64,000 nucleotides of DNA from Octopus sinensis (taxonomy: Eukaryota): contig NC_042998.1 in assembly GCF_006345805.1 (NCBI RefSeq), forward strand, positions 184,574,001 to 184,638,000. The letters run 5' to 3'. This document shows, one piece after another, positions 1 to 12,151 of this stretch. The translations under genes were made by a program, and so were the position numbers. Positions within the stretch are counted from its first letter, which is position 1, and each line of letters begins with the position of its first letter. The notes beneath the pieces were generated by a model. That model worked only from the letters and a program-made list of their open reading frames with translations, was not told the DNA's origin and ran no database searches.

Positions 1-367
1 TCACTTCTGTATTGCCTACTACTTATCTTTTATTTTTTACCGAAAGTTTTTACTCTATTCCTTTTCACCAGTTAACTATCATCATCTTTGACTTTTATTT
101 TACACTTGACAATATTCCAACATGCAGCCATTTTTTGTTGTCATTGCTTATTTCTATGTATTGATATATTTGAATAAGCCGGTTACAGGATCAAGAAAAC
201 AGCATAAGATATATATTTTTTGCAGAATCTTTTTAGTCATCTTAACCGCTGCCTTTCTTTCGTCCACCATCATTCTTCTGTACTCAATGACAATATTAAC
301 TAACTGCCACAGGATTTCATGTGAGGATGGTTGTGTAGGATAGATGGATGGTGCTAGTAGTGAATAG

Positions 368-430
368 TAAATCTGATGATGAAGAGAAGCATTTTTGACG
401 TAAATCAGACTTCATAACAACTTTCAGTTT
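368..430 (+). ncRNA. Highly degenerate hammerhead motif
   Basis: CUGAUGA at 373-379, then UGAAG...CUUC-AUAAC-AACU-UUC-AG, which aligns with GAAAC-AGCU-GUC-AG of the 12132 motif with four substitutions. Confidence 0.35.
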
Positions 431-822
431 GAGCCGAAATTAATGAAAAGAAAAAAATTACAAGCAAAAAAACTAAAATAAAATATGTGGATAATTTTAT
501 CAAGATGCAATCAACGTATAAAACAAAACAGAGGCTGCTTGAAAAAAAAATCTTAGTAGAAAATCTGGTGATAAAACTTGTTTATCAGATATTCCTCTCT
601 TATAAAGTCTTCAACTAGGTTTTAAATAGAGTTAAGAACTAAAGGTACACAAACTGTCTACAAAATTTCAATATATTACTGTGTTTATATATTAAATATT
701 GATTGACATCGCCAAATAGCGTAATGTGAACAATATTGAGAAAAGTGAACATATGTATAAACATGCACCCACACACACACAAGCGCTCGCGTGCGCACAC
801 ACATGCATTACACATCAACATA

Positions 823-866
<44 letters not shown>

Positions 867-1517
867 AAGAGGTGGGGAAAAACCTGGTTGTATGACATGT
901 CTATTTTAAGTGATTGTAATTTAGAACCTTGCATGTCAAGTGTGCCTGAACAATGTTTGTACTCCAACAGAATCTCTCAACACTTGATATTCTCAATTTT
1001 ATTACAAAAAGTTTCATTAAACTGAAAAATTAGACAATGATTACAAGGTCATTCATTCTATTGCAATGTTCTTGGTTTTTTTTATTCTACTTTATGTCTT
1101 TGAATATCTTTTGCGATAAATATTTGTGATCAAAAACACAGAGATAGATTTTCAAAGTATTTCACTAAATAAGCGCCATTGAAATCCATCATCATATCAA
1201 AGGTCCTTGTTATCAGACTAAACAGAAATGTGTTTTAAATTTGAAATATTTAACCTTTCTGACTTAAGAATTTATTACACCATTTAGGCTTACCATTCTT
1301 AGAAATTCTCTAACAACGCTAAATATACTATTGAATGAATTAATTTTCAAACGGCAAATATTAAATTTAATATAATAATTATATATTCATAATATTGATT
1401 TCTAACACTGGAGCAATGTGAGAAATTCTGCGAGTGGGCAGCGATTTAACCAATCCCAAATTGTATCATTCATATTTATATATGCACATAAGAGTTAAGA
1501 AATGGAGTAGATAAGAT

Positions 1518-1608
1518 CCGGGCTACATATGTTTCATAGCGAGTGGAACCTCGGAATTGGTAAATATCAAAGCGAGGTGTATACCGAAGGCTACTCTTTA
1601 GGCCAAGG
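1518..1608 (-). ncRNA. Degenerate hammerhead ribozyme motif (G5A core mutation)
   Basis: Minus strand reads GGC-CUAAAGA-GUAGC-CUUCGG...CCGAGG...GCUAU-GAAA-C-AUAU-GUA-GCC. Palindromic AUAU loop, GUA triplet, 3-bp stem I. The core has A in place of the conserved G5. Confidence 0.55.
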
Positions 1609-2663
1609 ATATGAAAATTTACATTGTCGCAAGTAGGTACACGTTGACACGTTGGAAGATTCAATCAGAATGTGAAGAGAGCACAGTAGGAGAATATAAA
1701 CGTAGAGAGAAATAAAAATTAAAAGAAGGAAAAAAAGAAAAAAATATAAAGGAGTGAAAGGAATGAGGAATTTGAGCAAGGTCATTTGACCGGTAAGAAT
1801 CAATAGGGCTGTTTTGGCCGAATCACAGATTTGCAAAGGAAGTGCTATTTGAGGAAAAGATAATGTGGAGGGAAGAGGGTGGGGAAATATTGTTCCTGAA
1901 AGTTGTTTTTTATGTTTACTACGGATTGCTTGAAGCTAACTTTCTTCCTACACCTCGATCCTTGGATATATATATATATATATATATATACGAAAGAAGG
2001 TTTGAAAATGCAATTTAAAAGATGTTTATTTACTTTACCGGTTTCACTCTTTGGAAAAAGATTATCAAAAGTAACATGTGGAAGTTTGGTTGCGTTAATT
2101 ATTGGTTGTTGCAAATTGCTACATTACATATATATATACACTCTTTGGAAACAGGGACATGTTAAGGACATAAAAAAGTACAACAGTATGTTGAGAATAT
2201 AAAGAGGTTTAACAAGCTCATTGAAAAACTGGGCAGAAAAGATTAAAACAAATATATTATACATCTCAGGGTAATTTCCAGGAGGAATTATTAAAAAAGT
2301 TCAGTACAGAATATTATGAATTCAAAAAGATTTACATTAATGTAGTGGCAAGGTTGTTACTGACCTGTCCGTTTTAGCAGAAATGTGGAATTGAAAAGGA
2401 TGTACCCGTTTTTTCTTTTTTTGTTTTCCTCAAGCATCAATAATTTTGGGGTTGGTTAGGATGAGGTGAATATGTGTGTCTCTGCGTGTATGTGTGTGCA
2501 TACATATACATGTGGTGTGTGAATAGATGTGTCTGTGTGTCTGTAGTATTTGGTCAGATGGTGTCTGTTTGTCAAACGTGGTTGTGTTGTCATGGTGTTT
2601 TGTGTGTGGTGTGTGTGTGTGTGTGCGTGTGTACGCATGTATGCATGTGTTTGGACAACACTG

Positions 2664-2706
<43 letters not shown>

Positions 2707-2827
2707 CACTGTTGTCCAAACACAATTAGAATAATTTCTAGGTATTTGTGTACACAATTTGAAGAATTTTGGTGAAGTGAATTCTGAAAGCATAGTTAAT
2801 CCTTAAAACACACACACATGAAGATAT

Positions 2828-2866
<39 letters not shown>

Positions 2867-2961
2867 AGAGAGAGAGAGAGAGAGGAAGAGAGGAGAAGAG
2901 AGAGAGAGAGAGAGAGAGAGAAATGATAGTCAGAAAACAACTGTGGTATTCAAAGCTTCAT

Positions 2962-3054
2962 AGGACATACACACATTTCGGTAAAATGCCGAAATAATTA
3001 CATAACAGTGTAGAAACATTATACAGTAATTTAAAAACACCTCATCAGTGTCCT
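2962..3054 (-). ncRNA. Type I hammerhead ribozyme motif with canonical core
   Basis: Minus strand reads AGGACA-CUGAUGA-GGUG...UACC-GAAA-U-GUGU-GUA-UGUCCU. Stem I is a perfect 6 bp (AGGACA/UGUCCU). Stem II is GGUG/UACC plus an inner AAUUAC/GUAAUU helix. Stem III is short (A-U, U.G) with a GUA cleavage triplet. Confidence 0.7.
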
Positions 3055-3080
3055 GTTAAAAATACAACAATGTAGGAGCT

Positions 3081-3126
<46 letters not shown>

Positions 3127-3250
3127 GTATGTATACTGACCCCTCGTATTGAAGATGATCAAGCCGCGTACGTCACATAAATAACAAATAAAGGATCGCA
3201 TGAAGAAAGTACGAAAGTGCCACACCACTTTCAAATCCGAAAAATAAGAA

Positions 3251-3283
<33 letters not shown>

Positions 3284-3652
3284 GTGAGTGAGAGAGAAAG
3301 GGGAAAGGGAGAAAAAGAGAGGGAGGAAAAGAGAGAGAAATAAAGCTTGTCTTTAAAGGAAGTCCGAGCGACTGAGAGTTGGAGGTCAGTAGGCCATAAA
3401 TCAATTAAGGACAGACAAATAAATAAATACACATCTGATACAAAGGACACAGAATCATGAACAAACACGTGCAAGTACGTAAACACACACACACACGGAC
3501 ACGCATACACACACACGTATAGATACATATACACACACATACGCGCCCACACTTAAATTTAATATGCACATATAAACATAGCACTAAAAAAACATACATA
3601 TGTAAGTGAGCAGATCTGTAGCATTTATATGTACCTTTAGCATTTTTTTCGA

Positions 3653-3726
3653 TGGCCGGATAACTGAAGAGATGGCAGCGTGGATTTCCACTCCGACATC
3701 CGAAACTCGGAGTTTTATCATGGCTA
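3653..3726 (+). ncRNA. Type I hammerhead ribozyme motif
   Basis: GAUAA-CUGAAGA(3664-3670)-GAUG...GUGGAuuUCCAC...CAUC-C-GAAA(3702-3705)-CUC-G-GAG-UU-UUAUC. Stem I is GAUAA/UUAUC, extendable with UGGCC/GGCUA. Stem III is near-palindromic (ACUCgGAGU). The triplet is GUU and there is one extra C at the base of stem II. Confidence 0.65.
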
Positions 3727-4531
3727 CCGAATAATTGTCACATATTACATTTATAGGTAAATTCCTCTATACATAATATCGAGGTCTCTTTCATTCTTTT
3801 GTTGTTTACCATTTCTATCAATTATATATATATTAATATAAATATAATATATATATATATAATATATATATATATATATTATATATGCACACATGTAAAA
3901 ACATTTACATACACGTATGCATTCATATAATAAGTACTCGCACATTCGTACACCTACATACTGGTATATACATACCTACATCCATACATACACACACCTA
4001 CACAATGACATACGTATATATGTATGTACATTTACATACAAATATACATTTACATACCAATTTACATACAAATATATATGTATGCCCAATACGTGTATGC
4101 CCTATAAAACTTTCAATACCACACCTGTTATCTGATTATTTTCTTCTTTATTTTATTCTGTTATTATTTGACCCTTACTCGGCACTCTAACCTATCCTGA
4201 GTTTGGTGTTTCGCGCCTTGCTATACTGGACACCGAAGAAGTTTGTAGAGCCATCGACTGAACCCAATTATGGTTGCGTGACCGACTTTACTGTGCGTGT
4301 CATTGTAATATGGTTGTTATTTCTTATATAACAGTTCTACATTATGTACACATATACATATGTATATATATATAATATTATATATATATTATATATATAT
4401 ATATATTCAACAACAATTGAGAAACGGCCTCAATAGGCAATTCGACCCACTAGAAGAGCAGCCAGGACTCAAACCGCCAAGTAGTAGTAATTCAGAAATT
4501 AAATACACATCTGATTTTTTGCTACTCTATA

Positions 4532-4632
<101 letters not shown>

Positions 4633-4681
4633 AATAAATACAAGACCAAAAGGGTACGGCGTCGCTATATATATATATGTA

Positions 4682-4896
4682 CAAACTGGGAAAATGCAAA
4701 ACATTTAGAAGACGATACAAAAAACACGGACAGGACATTCGAAGCCTTCAATCTTCAGTCAAGAACCGGATTAATCAAGATAATCACCCGAAATTGCGAG
4801 GATGATCCGGTTCTTGACTGAAGATTGAAGGCTTTGAATGTCCCGTCCGTGTTTTTTGTATCGTCTTCTAAATGTTTTGCGTTCTTGTCCCAGTTT
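4682..4896. repeat. Near-perfect inverted repeat (foldback)
   Basis: 4696-4771 versus 4805-4880: 76 bp with 2 mismatches and a 33-bp spacer. Outer arms are caaactggga and tcccagttt. Confidence 0.9.
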
Positions 4897-4906
4897 TTTT
4901 TTACAT

Positions 4907-4943
<37 letters not shown>

Positions 4944-5045
4944 CATTCTATATATATATATATATATACATACATATATGTATGTATATATATTTAATTT
5001 TTTTATGCGCCCTTTTCCTCCGATCGCTGGGCCATTGCGCCTCCA

Positions 5046-5091
<46 letters not shown>

Positions 5092-5112
5092 ATGTTTAGA
5101 TATATTCTTTCA

Positions 5113-5310
5113 TTATTTTATTTGTTTCAGTCATTTGACTGCGGCCATGCAGGAGTACCACCTTTTGTCCAACAAATCGACCCCAGGACTTATGCTTTGT
5201 AAGCCTAGTACTTATTCTATCGGACTCTTTTGCCGAACCGCTAAGTTACGGAGACGTAAACACACCAACATCGGTTGTCAAGCGATGGTGAGGGGACAAA
5301 CACACACACA
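5113..5310 (-). mobile_element. SINE family A, 3' half
   Basis: Matches 13273-13470. Similar partial copies lie at about 34915-35046 (-), 50725-50900 (-) and 53335-53508 (+). Confidence 0.75.
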
Positions 5311-5809
5311 CAAACCTATATACACACATACATACACACATACATACATACATACATACATACATACATACATACATACATACACGCATGCATGTAAATA
5401 AATGAATACAAGAGAAAATGGTGTTTAAAGAAATATCTTTTCAAGTACACTACGTAATTAGAACTCAGCTAACGAAGCTATCCAATTGGTATTATATATA
5501 TAATGTTATACTTGGTAGTGTTGTAGATGGGGATGGCCATATTTTGCCAATTAAACACATGCACTAATTTAATTTGCAAAAATATACGCACACGTATATA
5601 TATATGTGTGAATGTACGTGACCTAGTGGTTGGTGTGTTGCATTCCTGATCGCTAGTTCAAGGATTCGATTCGTGGACCGAGCGGTGAGTTGCGCTCTTG
5701 AACAAAACACTTCATTTCACGTTCCTCCAGTTCACTTAGGTAACCTGCAACGGGCTAGCTTTCCGATCAGGGGAATAATGGCACCCCACTCGTTAGCGAG
5801 CAGGCCTAC

Positions 5810-5929
<120 letters not shown>

Positions 5930-5942
5930 GTACATATATATA

Positions 5943-6230
5943 GGAGCACTCTGTCGGTTACGACGACGAGGGTCCAGCTCAGATACGATCAACAGAACAG
6001 CTTGCTCGTGAAATTAACGTGCAAGTGGCTGAGCATTCCATAGACACGTGTATCCTTAACGTAGTTCTCAGGGAGATTCAGCGTGATACAGAGTGTAACA
6101 AGGCTGGCCTTTTACCAGCTGAGTGGAGTGGAGCAACATGAAATAAAGTGTCTTGCTCAAGGACACAACGCGTCGCCAGGAATTGAACTCGCGACTTTAA
6201 GATTGCCCTAACTACTAAGCCATGCTCCTT
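5943..6230 (-). mobile_element. SINE with a family-C-like head and a distinct 3' body
   Basis: Minus-strand head aaggagcatggcttagtagttag...cgttgtgtccttgagcaagacactttatttcatgttgctccac, followed by a non-microsatellite body down to 5943. Confidence 0.65.
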
Positions 6231-6327
6231 CATACACACACACAAACACCAGCACACATACACACATATATTATGTATACACACACACACACACACCCAC
6301 ACACACACTATATATATATATAATATA

Positions 6328-6380
<53 letters not shown>

Positions 6381-7179
6381 CACATATATGAAACGTGAAG
6401 TGGTTGAAAGGAATCGTGTGCTTGTATATTTGTACATACACGTGAAATGTAACACGGGATTATAAATATGTCAAGCGTTTTCTAATATTGGAATTGTCCA
6501 TAATTATTGACTAATACCTGCACAATATTTTTACTGTGACCAAGAAGCATCTTTATAGCGGAATTAAAAATTTGTTATAGGTGTTTTGTTTCGGTTTTAA
6601 TGTTGCTTTTTTTTTTTTTTTTTGACAAGCTTAAACTTTTCATTTACACTGAATGTCAAACCAGAAAAATGCGATCCGTCATTTTACAACGGCGCAGCTT
6701 TAATCAAAAATACTTCTCATCAGCTCCCGCTGGCTTCTTACATTTTGTATGTGCTCCTAGTTTTCTTTTCGTTTTTCTTTTGTTTGTTTTTTTCCCACAG
6801 TGGCTGGCCAACATCTTTCAATAATGGTCACTAATTCATTACTGTGTCCCCCACTTCCCGCTATGTCTTGTTGGTTAGATAGATTACGTAGGACGAGAAA
6901 AAAATAAACAGGGATAGAGGGAAATGGGTTAGGCGAGGACGAGTGCAAGCGACAAGAAATATAGGGAAATAGAATGAGACGGAGATAGAGAGGGCGAAGG
7001 AAAGAAGGAGTGCGGGAGACAGACATTAACATTGCTTCTTTTAATTAGTGTTGACATTAAGAGGAACCCGCACACGCTGATGCGTCATCTCCGACTCTTA
7101 CACCTCACCTCCATTCTTCAAACTGTTTTGGACTATCCCTGCTACAGTTCATATGTTTTCGTGCATGCGTGTGTGCTTC

Positions 7180-7490
<311 letters not shown>

Positions 7491-7575
7491 CTCCCTCTCT
7501 CTCATAGCAATGTATTTACACACGTGATTTTTTTGTTTTTTACCTTCTTTGGACTCTTCCCTTTTCCCTTTTTTC

Positions 7576-7611
7576 CTTTCCGACGAAGAGCTATGCTCAA
7601 AACGTCGAAAG
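7576..7611 (+). ncRNA. Degenerate minimal hammerhead-like motif within a short interspersed element
   Basis: CUUUC-C(-)GACGA-A-GAGC-uau-GCUC-AAAAC-GUC-GAAAG. Stem I is CUUUC/GAAAG, stem II is GAGC/GCUC, and stem III is a loopless ACGU palindrome. U4 is missing and G12 is changed to A. Confidence 0.45.
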
Positions 7612-7693
7612 CCCCCTCTTTTTATTGAGCGTCAATCTAATACATTCCATGTGCAAGTCTTCTTGTTTGTTATTCTTAACGGTTTAATTTGAC

Positions 7694-7724
<31 letters not shown>

Positions 7725-8148
7725 AGAGGAGGAGAGAGAGAGAGAGTTAGAAGGAGAGGGAAGGAGAAGAGATTATTATGTCGATTAAGATTGACTTTGC
7801 ATCTGTATGCGTAGGTCTGAATTAGTTTCTTTTCTTGTCGTAGAATGGCAGTTGTTCATGCAAGCTGAGTCTTGCCTCTCTATGTCACCAATGTTATCCA
7901 AGGGAAAGACCTTGTAGCGTTATAAGCATCATCACAAGTGTTATTGCCAGAAGACAAAGACAAGGGTCATATACTACAAGACATCTTCCTCCACTCTCCA
8001 ACAACCATTCCAATTTCCATTCATCTAGAAATATCGAAAACATGGTTATCTCCGCAGGCTTTGAAGCCAGAGTTTAGAGCTTGGGAACAATTACCGCGAA
8101 GCAGCCGATCCGATGTGCTAACGTTTCTATCAATACACCCTTCTATCC

Positions 8149-8276
<128 letters not shown>

Positions 8277-8600
8277 GTCTTTGTGCATTTTATATGTTCT
8301 GTATACATGAATACATACATACATACATGCATACATACATACATACATACATACATACATACATGCATACATGCATACATACATACATACATACATACAT
8401 ACATACATACATACATACATACATACATACATACATACATTTATCTCTGTTGGTTCACCTGCAGCGATAAATTACAAGGCTCAAAACAAATATAGTGTAT
8501 TCTTTAATACATTATAATTGAAAGGCTCCTATTTCCAGCACTTGGAGTGACCATCTCTTCTCTCTCCCCACTCTTTCTTCATCTTTATATATATATAATA

Positions 8601-8644
<44 letters not shown>

Positions 8645-8655
8645 TATATACACTA

Positions 8656-9190
8656 CAGTAATGCCTCGCTATACGAGTTAATTTCTTCCCGGATACCACT
8701 CGTAAAGCGAATACTCGTGAAGTAAAGCAATAAATTTCTATACTAGCGATGTAATAAATCGTAATTCCTTCCCAGGAAAATATTTTATCGATAAAATTTA
8801 TAATAATCGTAAATAAATGACAAGAAAACAATAGTAGAATGTAAAGCATATTTTATTTAAAGTAACAAGAATGTCAAGGCCATTTATAATTAAAAAATGT
8901 CATTATTATCATCGTTTTCTGAATCCCTTTCACACGCACTAGACTCGCGCACTCCATCACTTGTAGACGCGATCGCCGATTTACAAGCACTCGTAGACGG
9001 ACTTGTAGATTTCTTTTTAAAAAAATCAAATCTAGAGTTGTTTGCTTAGAAGAAGCTGTTTTTCGCTCTCTATAAATTTCTCGGTAGCATGCAGAAACAT
9101 TTGTTAGGGTAGTAGAAACTTTTGCACTTCGTCCAAAATGTGGATCTTGAGCTTGAAAAGTAAAACTCGTAAACCCAGGGTCACATAGAG
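8656..9190 (+). mobile_element. pogo/Tigger-like MITE remnant
   Basis: The left end TA|CAGTAATGCCTCGCTATACGAGTTAAT is typical of pogo/Tigger TIRs. The right end is only weakly recognisable (aactcgtaaac...), so the boundary is approximate. Confidence 0.45.
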
Positions 9191-9269
9191 TAGGACTTAT
9201 ATATATATATATATATATAATATATATATATGTATGTATATATATATATTATATATAACATATAGAAAC

Positions 9270-9930
9270 TTTCTTGGAACAAATGGTGAACAACCCTCCT
9301 TATAATAATGAGTGCACCATACCTGTCAGAGATAATATAATGAAATAGATCATACTACTACTACAATATAGTACTAGTGATAGGAATATAGCCATAATGT
9401 GAAATTACTCATTCGTTTGATTTTGGGTTTGGATGATGATAACAATTGTCACACTTATAATGTGAATAGTAGTATAGGGGTGTGTCCCAATTTTAGATTT
9501 CCTCATTCTGTTAATCTTTGTAATTTCAGACAATAAAAATAAATGTGTATTTGGTATCAATCCTCAGGAAGGAGGTAGTTTTTACCAATGCACTGTAGAT
9601 ACACAATTGAGTAGTAGGGTTGTATATCGGGGCAACTATGAATAGCATAAAACAAAGATGGAATTATCACAGATATACTTTTAGGAATAAAAATAGATGT
9701 ACTCTACAGGCTAAGTGCAGAACATTTGGGAACTTAAAAGTAAGAACTTAGATTTTAGATTAAACTGGAAAATACTAACTTCAGCACCTGTGTATAATGA
9801 AAAAAAAAAATGCTCTCTATGTATTAATGAAATTTTCTCATTATTAAAGCGGGTCGGGCAAATTATTAACAACATTAATGAAAACTTCTTTTGTATTCAT
9901 AGGCTATAACTTCACCTGTTCTAGATTCAA
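9270..9930 (+). mobile_element. Penelope-like retroelement remnant, GIY-YIG endonuclease region (frameshifted)
   Basis: Fragments NNPPYNN ... CNFR/NKNKC ... FYQCTVDTQ/YIGATMNSIKQRWNYHRYTFRNKNR ... QNIWELKSKNLDFRLNWKILTSAPVYNEKKKCSLCINEIF match the Penelope C-terminal pattern (VIYxATV-YIG-T-FKxRxxxH ... IWxLKxK ... WKIL ... CxLCxxE). Confidence 0.85.
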
Positions 9931-11600
9931 ATAAACTTAGCACTTCCACTATTTATTATTTTTAAAACTCCCCTCTTTACTAATATACCTGTGGTCTTCT
10001 ATAATTCTAAAGGATACAATTTTATTATTTATAATTTTATAATTTTTTAAGCTACATTTTGTATATAATTAATGGATGTGTCTAGTATTATTGGTTTCTT
10101 GTTTTTTGTATGGGGTTTTTGTTGGTTTTTTTAAGAGAAATGCAATATGAATAAAATAACATATTCATTTTGGTACTTGCCTTGTAATGTGTGGTTTTTG
10201 ATTTTTTCCAATATTGCATAGTATATTGCATAGTCTATATATAATCTTGGGTAGATACCTAGCTCTGGATAATGTAATGATATTGTATAAATGTAATATA
10301 TGAGAGCCTTTTGTGAGTTTGGTGGGTTTAGGTTGAGATTATAGGTTTTTTGTATGTGTTTATTTGGAAGGTTTTTTTGTAATTTTGGTCTTTTTGTACT
10401 CACCTTAATTGTATCTTATGCTATTCACGATATCTTTTTCATTTTTCATTTTCTCATCTACTGCCATTTTGCTTTATAATTATTACCAGCCTCATATATT
10501 TAGTTTATATCTATAGTCCTCTGGATCTGTACTTTAACTATCCTTCATACATATTTACTTTCAACAATTAACATATTATTCACTCTATTTATTTTTATTT
10601 ATTTTCATTTATTGTAATATTATCAATTTTTGCATCTAGTCTTCTATTTATTTATTTTTTTGGCCTATTTAAGTGTAGATGTTTACATACATATCAAGTC
10701 ATCTAATTTGCTACCTATTTATTTTTTACTTAATTTACTTATTTGGGGTAGTTTTATACATACATATCTATCATTTATTTTATTTATTTTAATAATATAT
10801 GATACTATATACTGTTTGTACTTATAATTATGTGTATACCGTATTTATTCCTTCGTATTTTATTCCTTCTTATTTATTTATCTCTTTCATCTTAAGTCTT
10901 TATAAATATAAAATTATTTAAATTTCTGTGATGTTCTCATAAGCTCGTTACATTAATACTTCCCCTCTATTCTTTAATGCCTTAACTGGTATATTATGGC
11001 ACTATATTTTTAAGTCAATAAGTGACTTATTATAATATTAAATTAATATATTTTTATATTTTATATTTTATAATTTAGCGTACTTAAACCCATAACAAAC
11101 TTACGATAAATCTAACAACCGTATGTTTACTCTGCAACAAACCGGTGTTAAAATTTTAAGTTACCCATGAAATAATTATCTGAATTAGTAAACATACTGA
11201 TATTAAAAATATATTTATATCTAAATTAAATATTTTATGAATTCATGGATGCTCTTCTTTGTTATTGAGGCACGTTATAATTTTGAAGGACTAAATGGGT
11301 GCATAGTTGCTTCCTTTTTGTTATCTATGTGCTAGTTGTTGCTTGTGATATGTATGTGTATAAGTGTATTTATATACATATAACTATGTGTGTATTGTGT
11401 CGATTGATCTGTAGATGCGTGTGTGAATATTGGCGTTCCTGACTAACCAACCGTATAATTTTCTTTTGTGATTTAAATTTCAAACCAATAGCCATCGATT
11501 AATCTAAATTTTTCTTTCCTAGTGTCAGCATTTCTTACTCATAGTTATTTCGATCTTGAAAGGATGACTTGGTGCAACTTAACTGTATCTATTTTATTAT

Positions 11601-11652
<52 letters not shown>

Positions 11653-12031
11653 TTATTATTATTATTATTTTATTTTATTATTATTATTATTATTATTAAT
11701 AGTAATTTTTATTACTTTTATAGCTTTAGAATTTTATGAACTGTACCCCGGATTTAAATTATTATTTTTCATCTCCATATGTGTTAGCCTTTTTTTTTAT
11801 ATAAAAAAAAACTATTAGCCAAATATGTATAATATCGGTACTTAAATAGTAATATATAACTATTATATATTTTTGTTTTATTTTGTTCTGTTTACCTTCC
11901 TTTTTTTACAAATGTGTATTATATTATATAGTGTAGCATTATGATGTATAAGTTTTTTATTTTACATTTTTATATTTTTATATTTATATGTATATGATTG
12001 TAAATATTTTTCACTATATAACAAATTTAAT

Positions 12032-12151
12032 TTAATTCTCTGAAGAGGCGTGGGGGCATCCTTGTTAATGCCTCATTTATACCTGCCTTTATGGCTTATA
12101 GGTTAAATGAGGTATGACTGTCCTCACTGCCGAAACAGCTGTCAGTTTTGA
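12032..12151 (+). ncRNA. Type I hammerhead ribozyme motif with long stem II, probably in a Penelope pseudo-LTR
   Basis: CUGAAGA at 12040-12046. Stem II: 12047-12058 pairs with 12119-12131 (12 bp, one bulge), and inner 12068-12079 pairs with 12104-12115. GAAA at 12132-12135, then C-AGCU-GUC (2-bp stem III with a palindromic tetraloop, GUC triplet). Stem I is imperfect (uuaauucu/aguuuuga). Confidence 0.75.
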
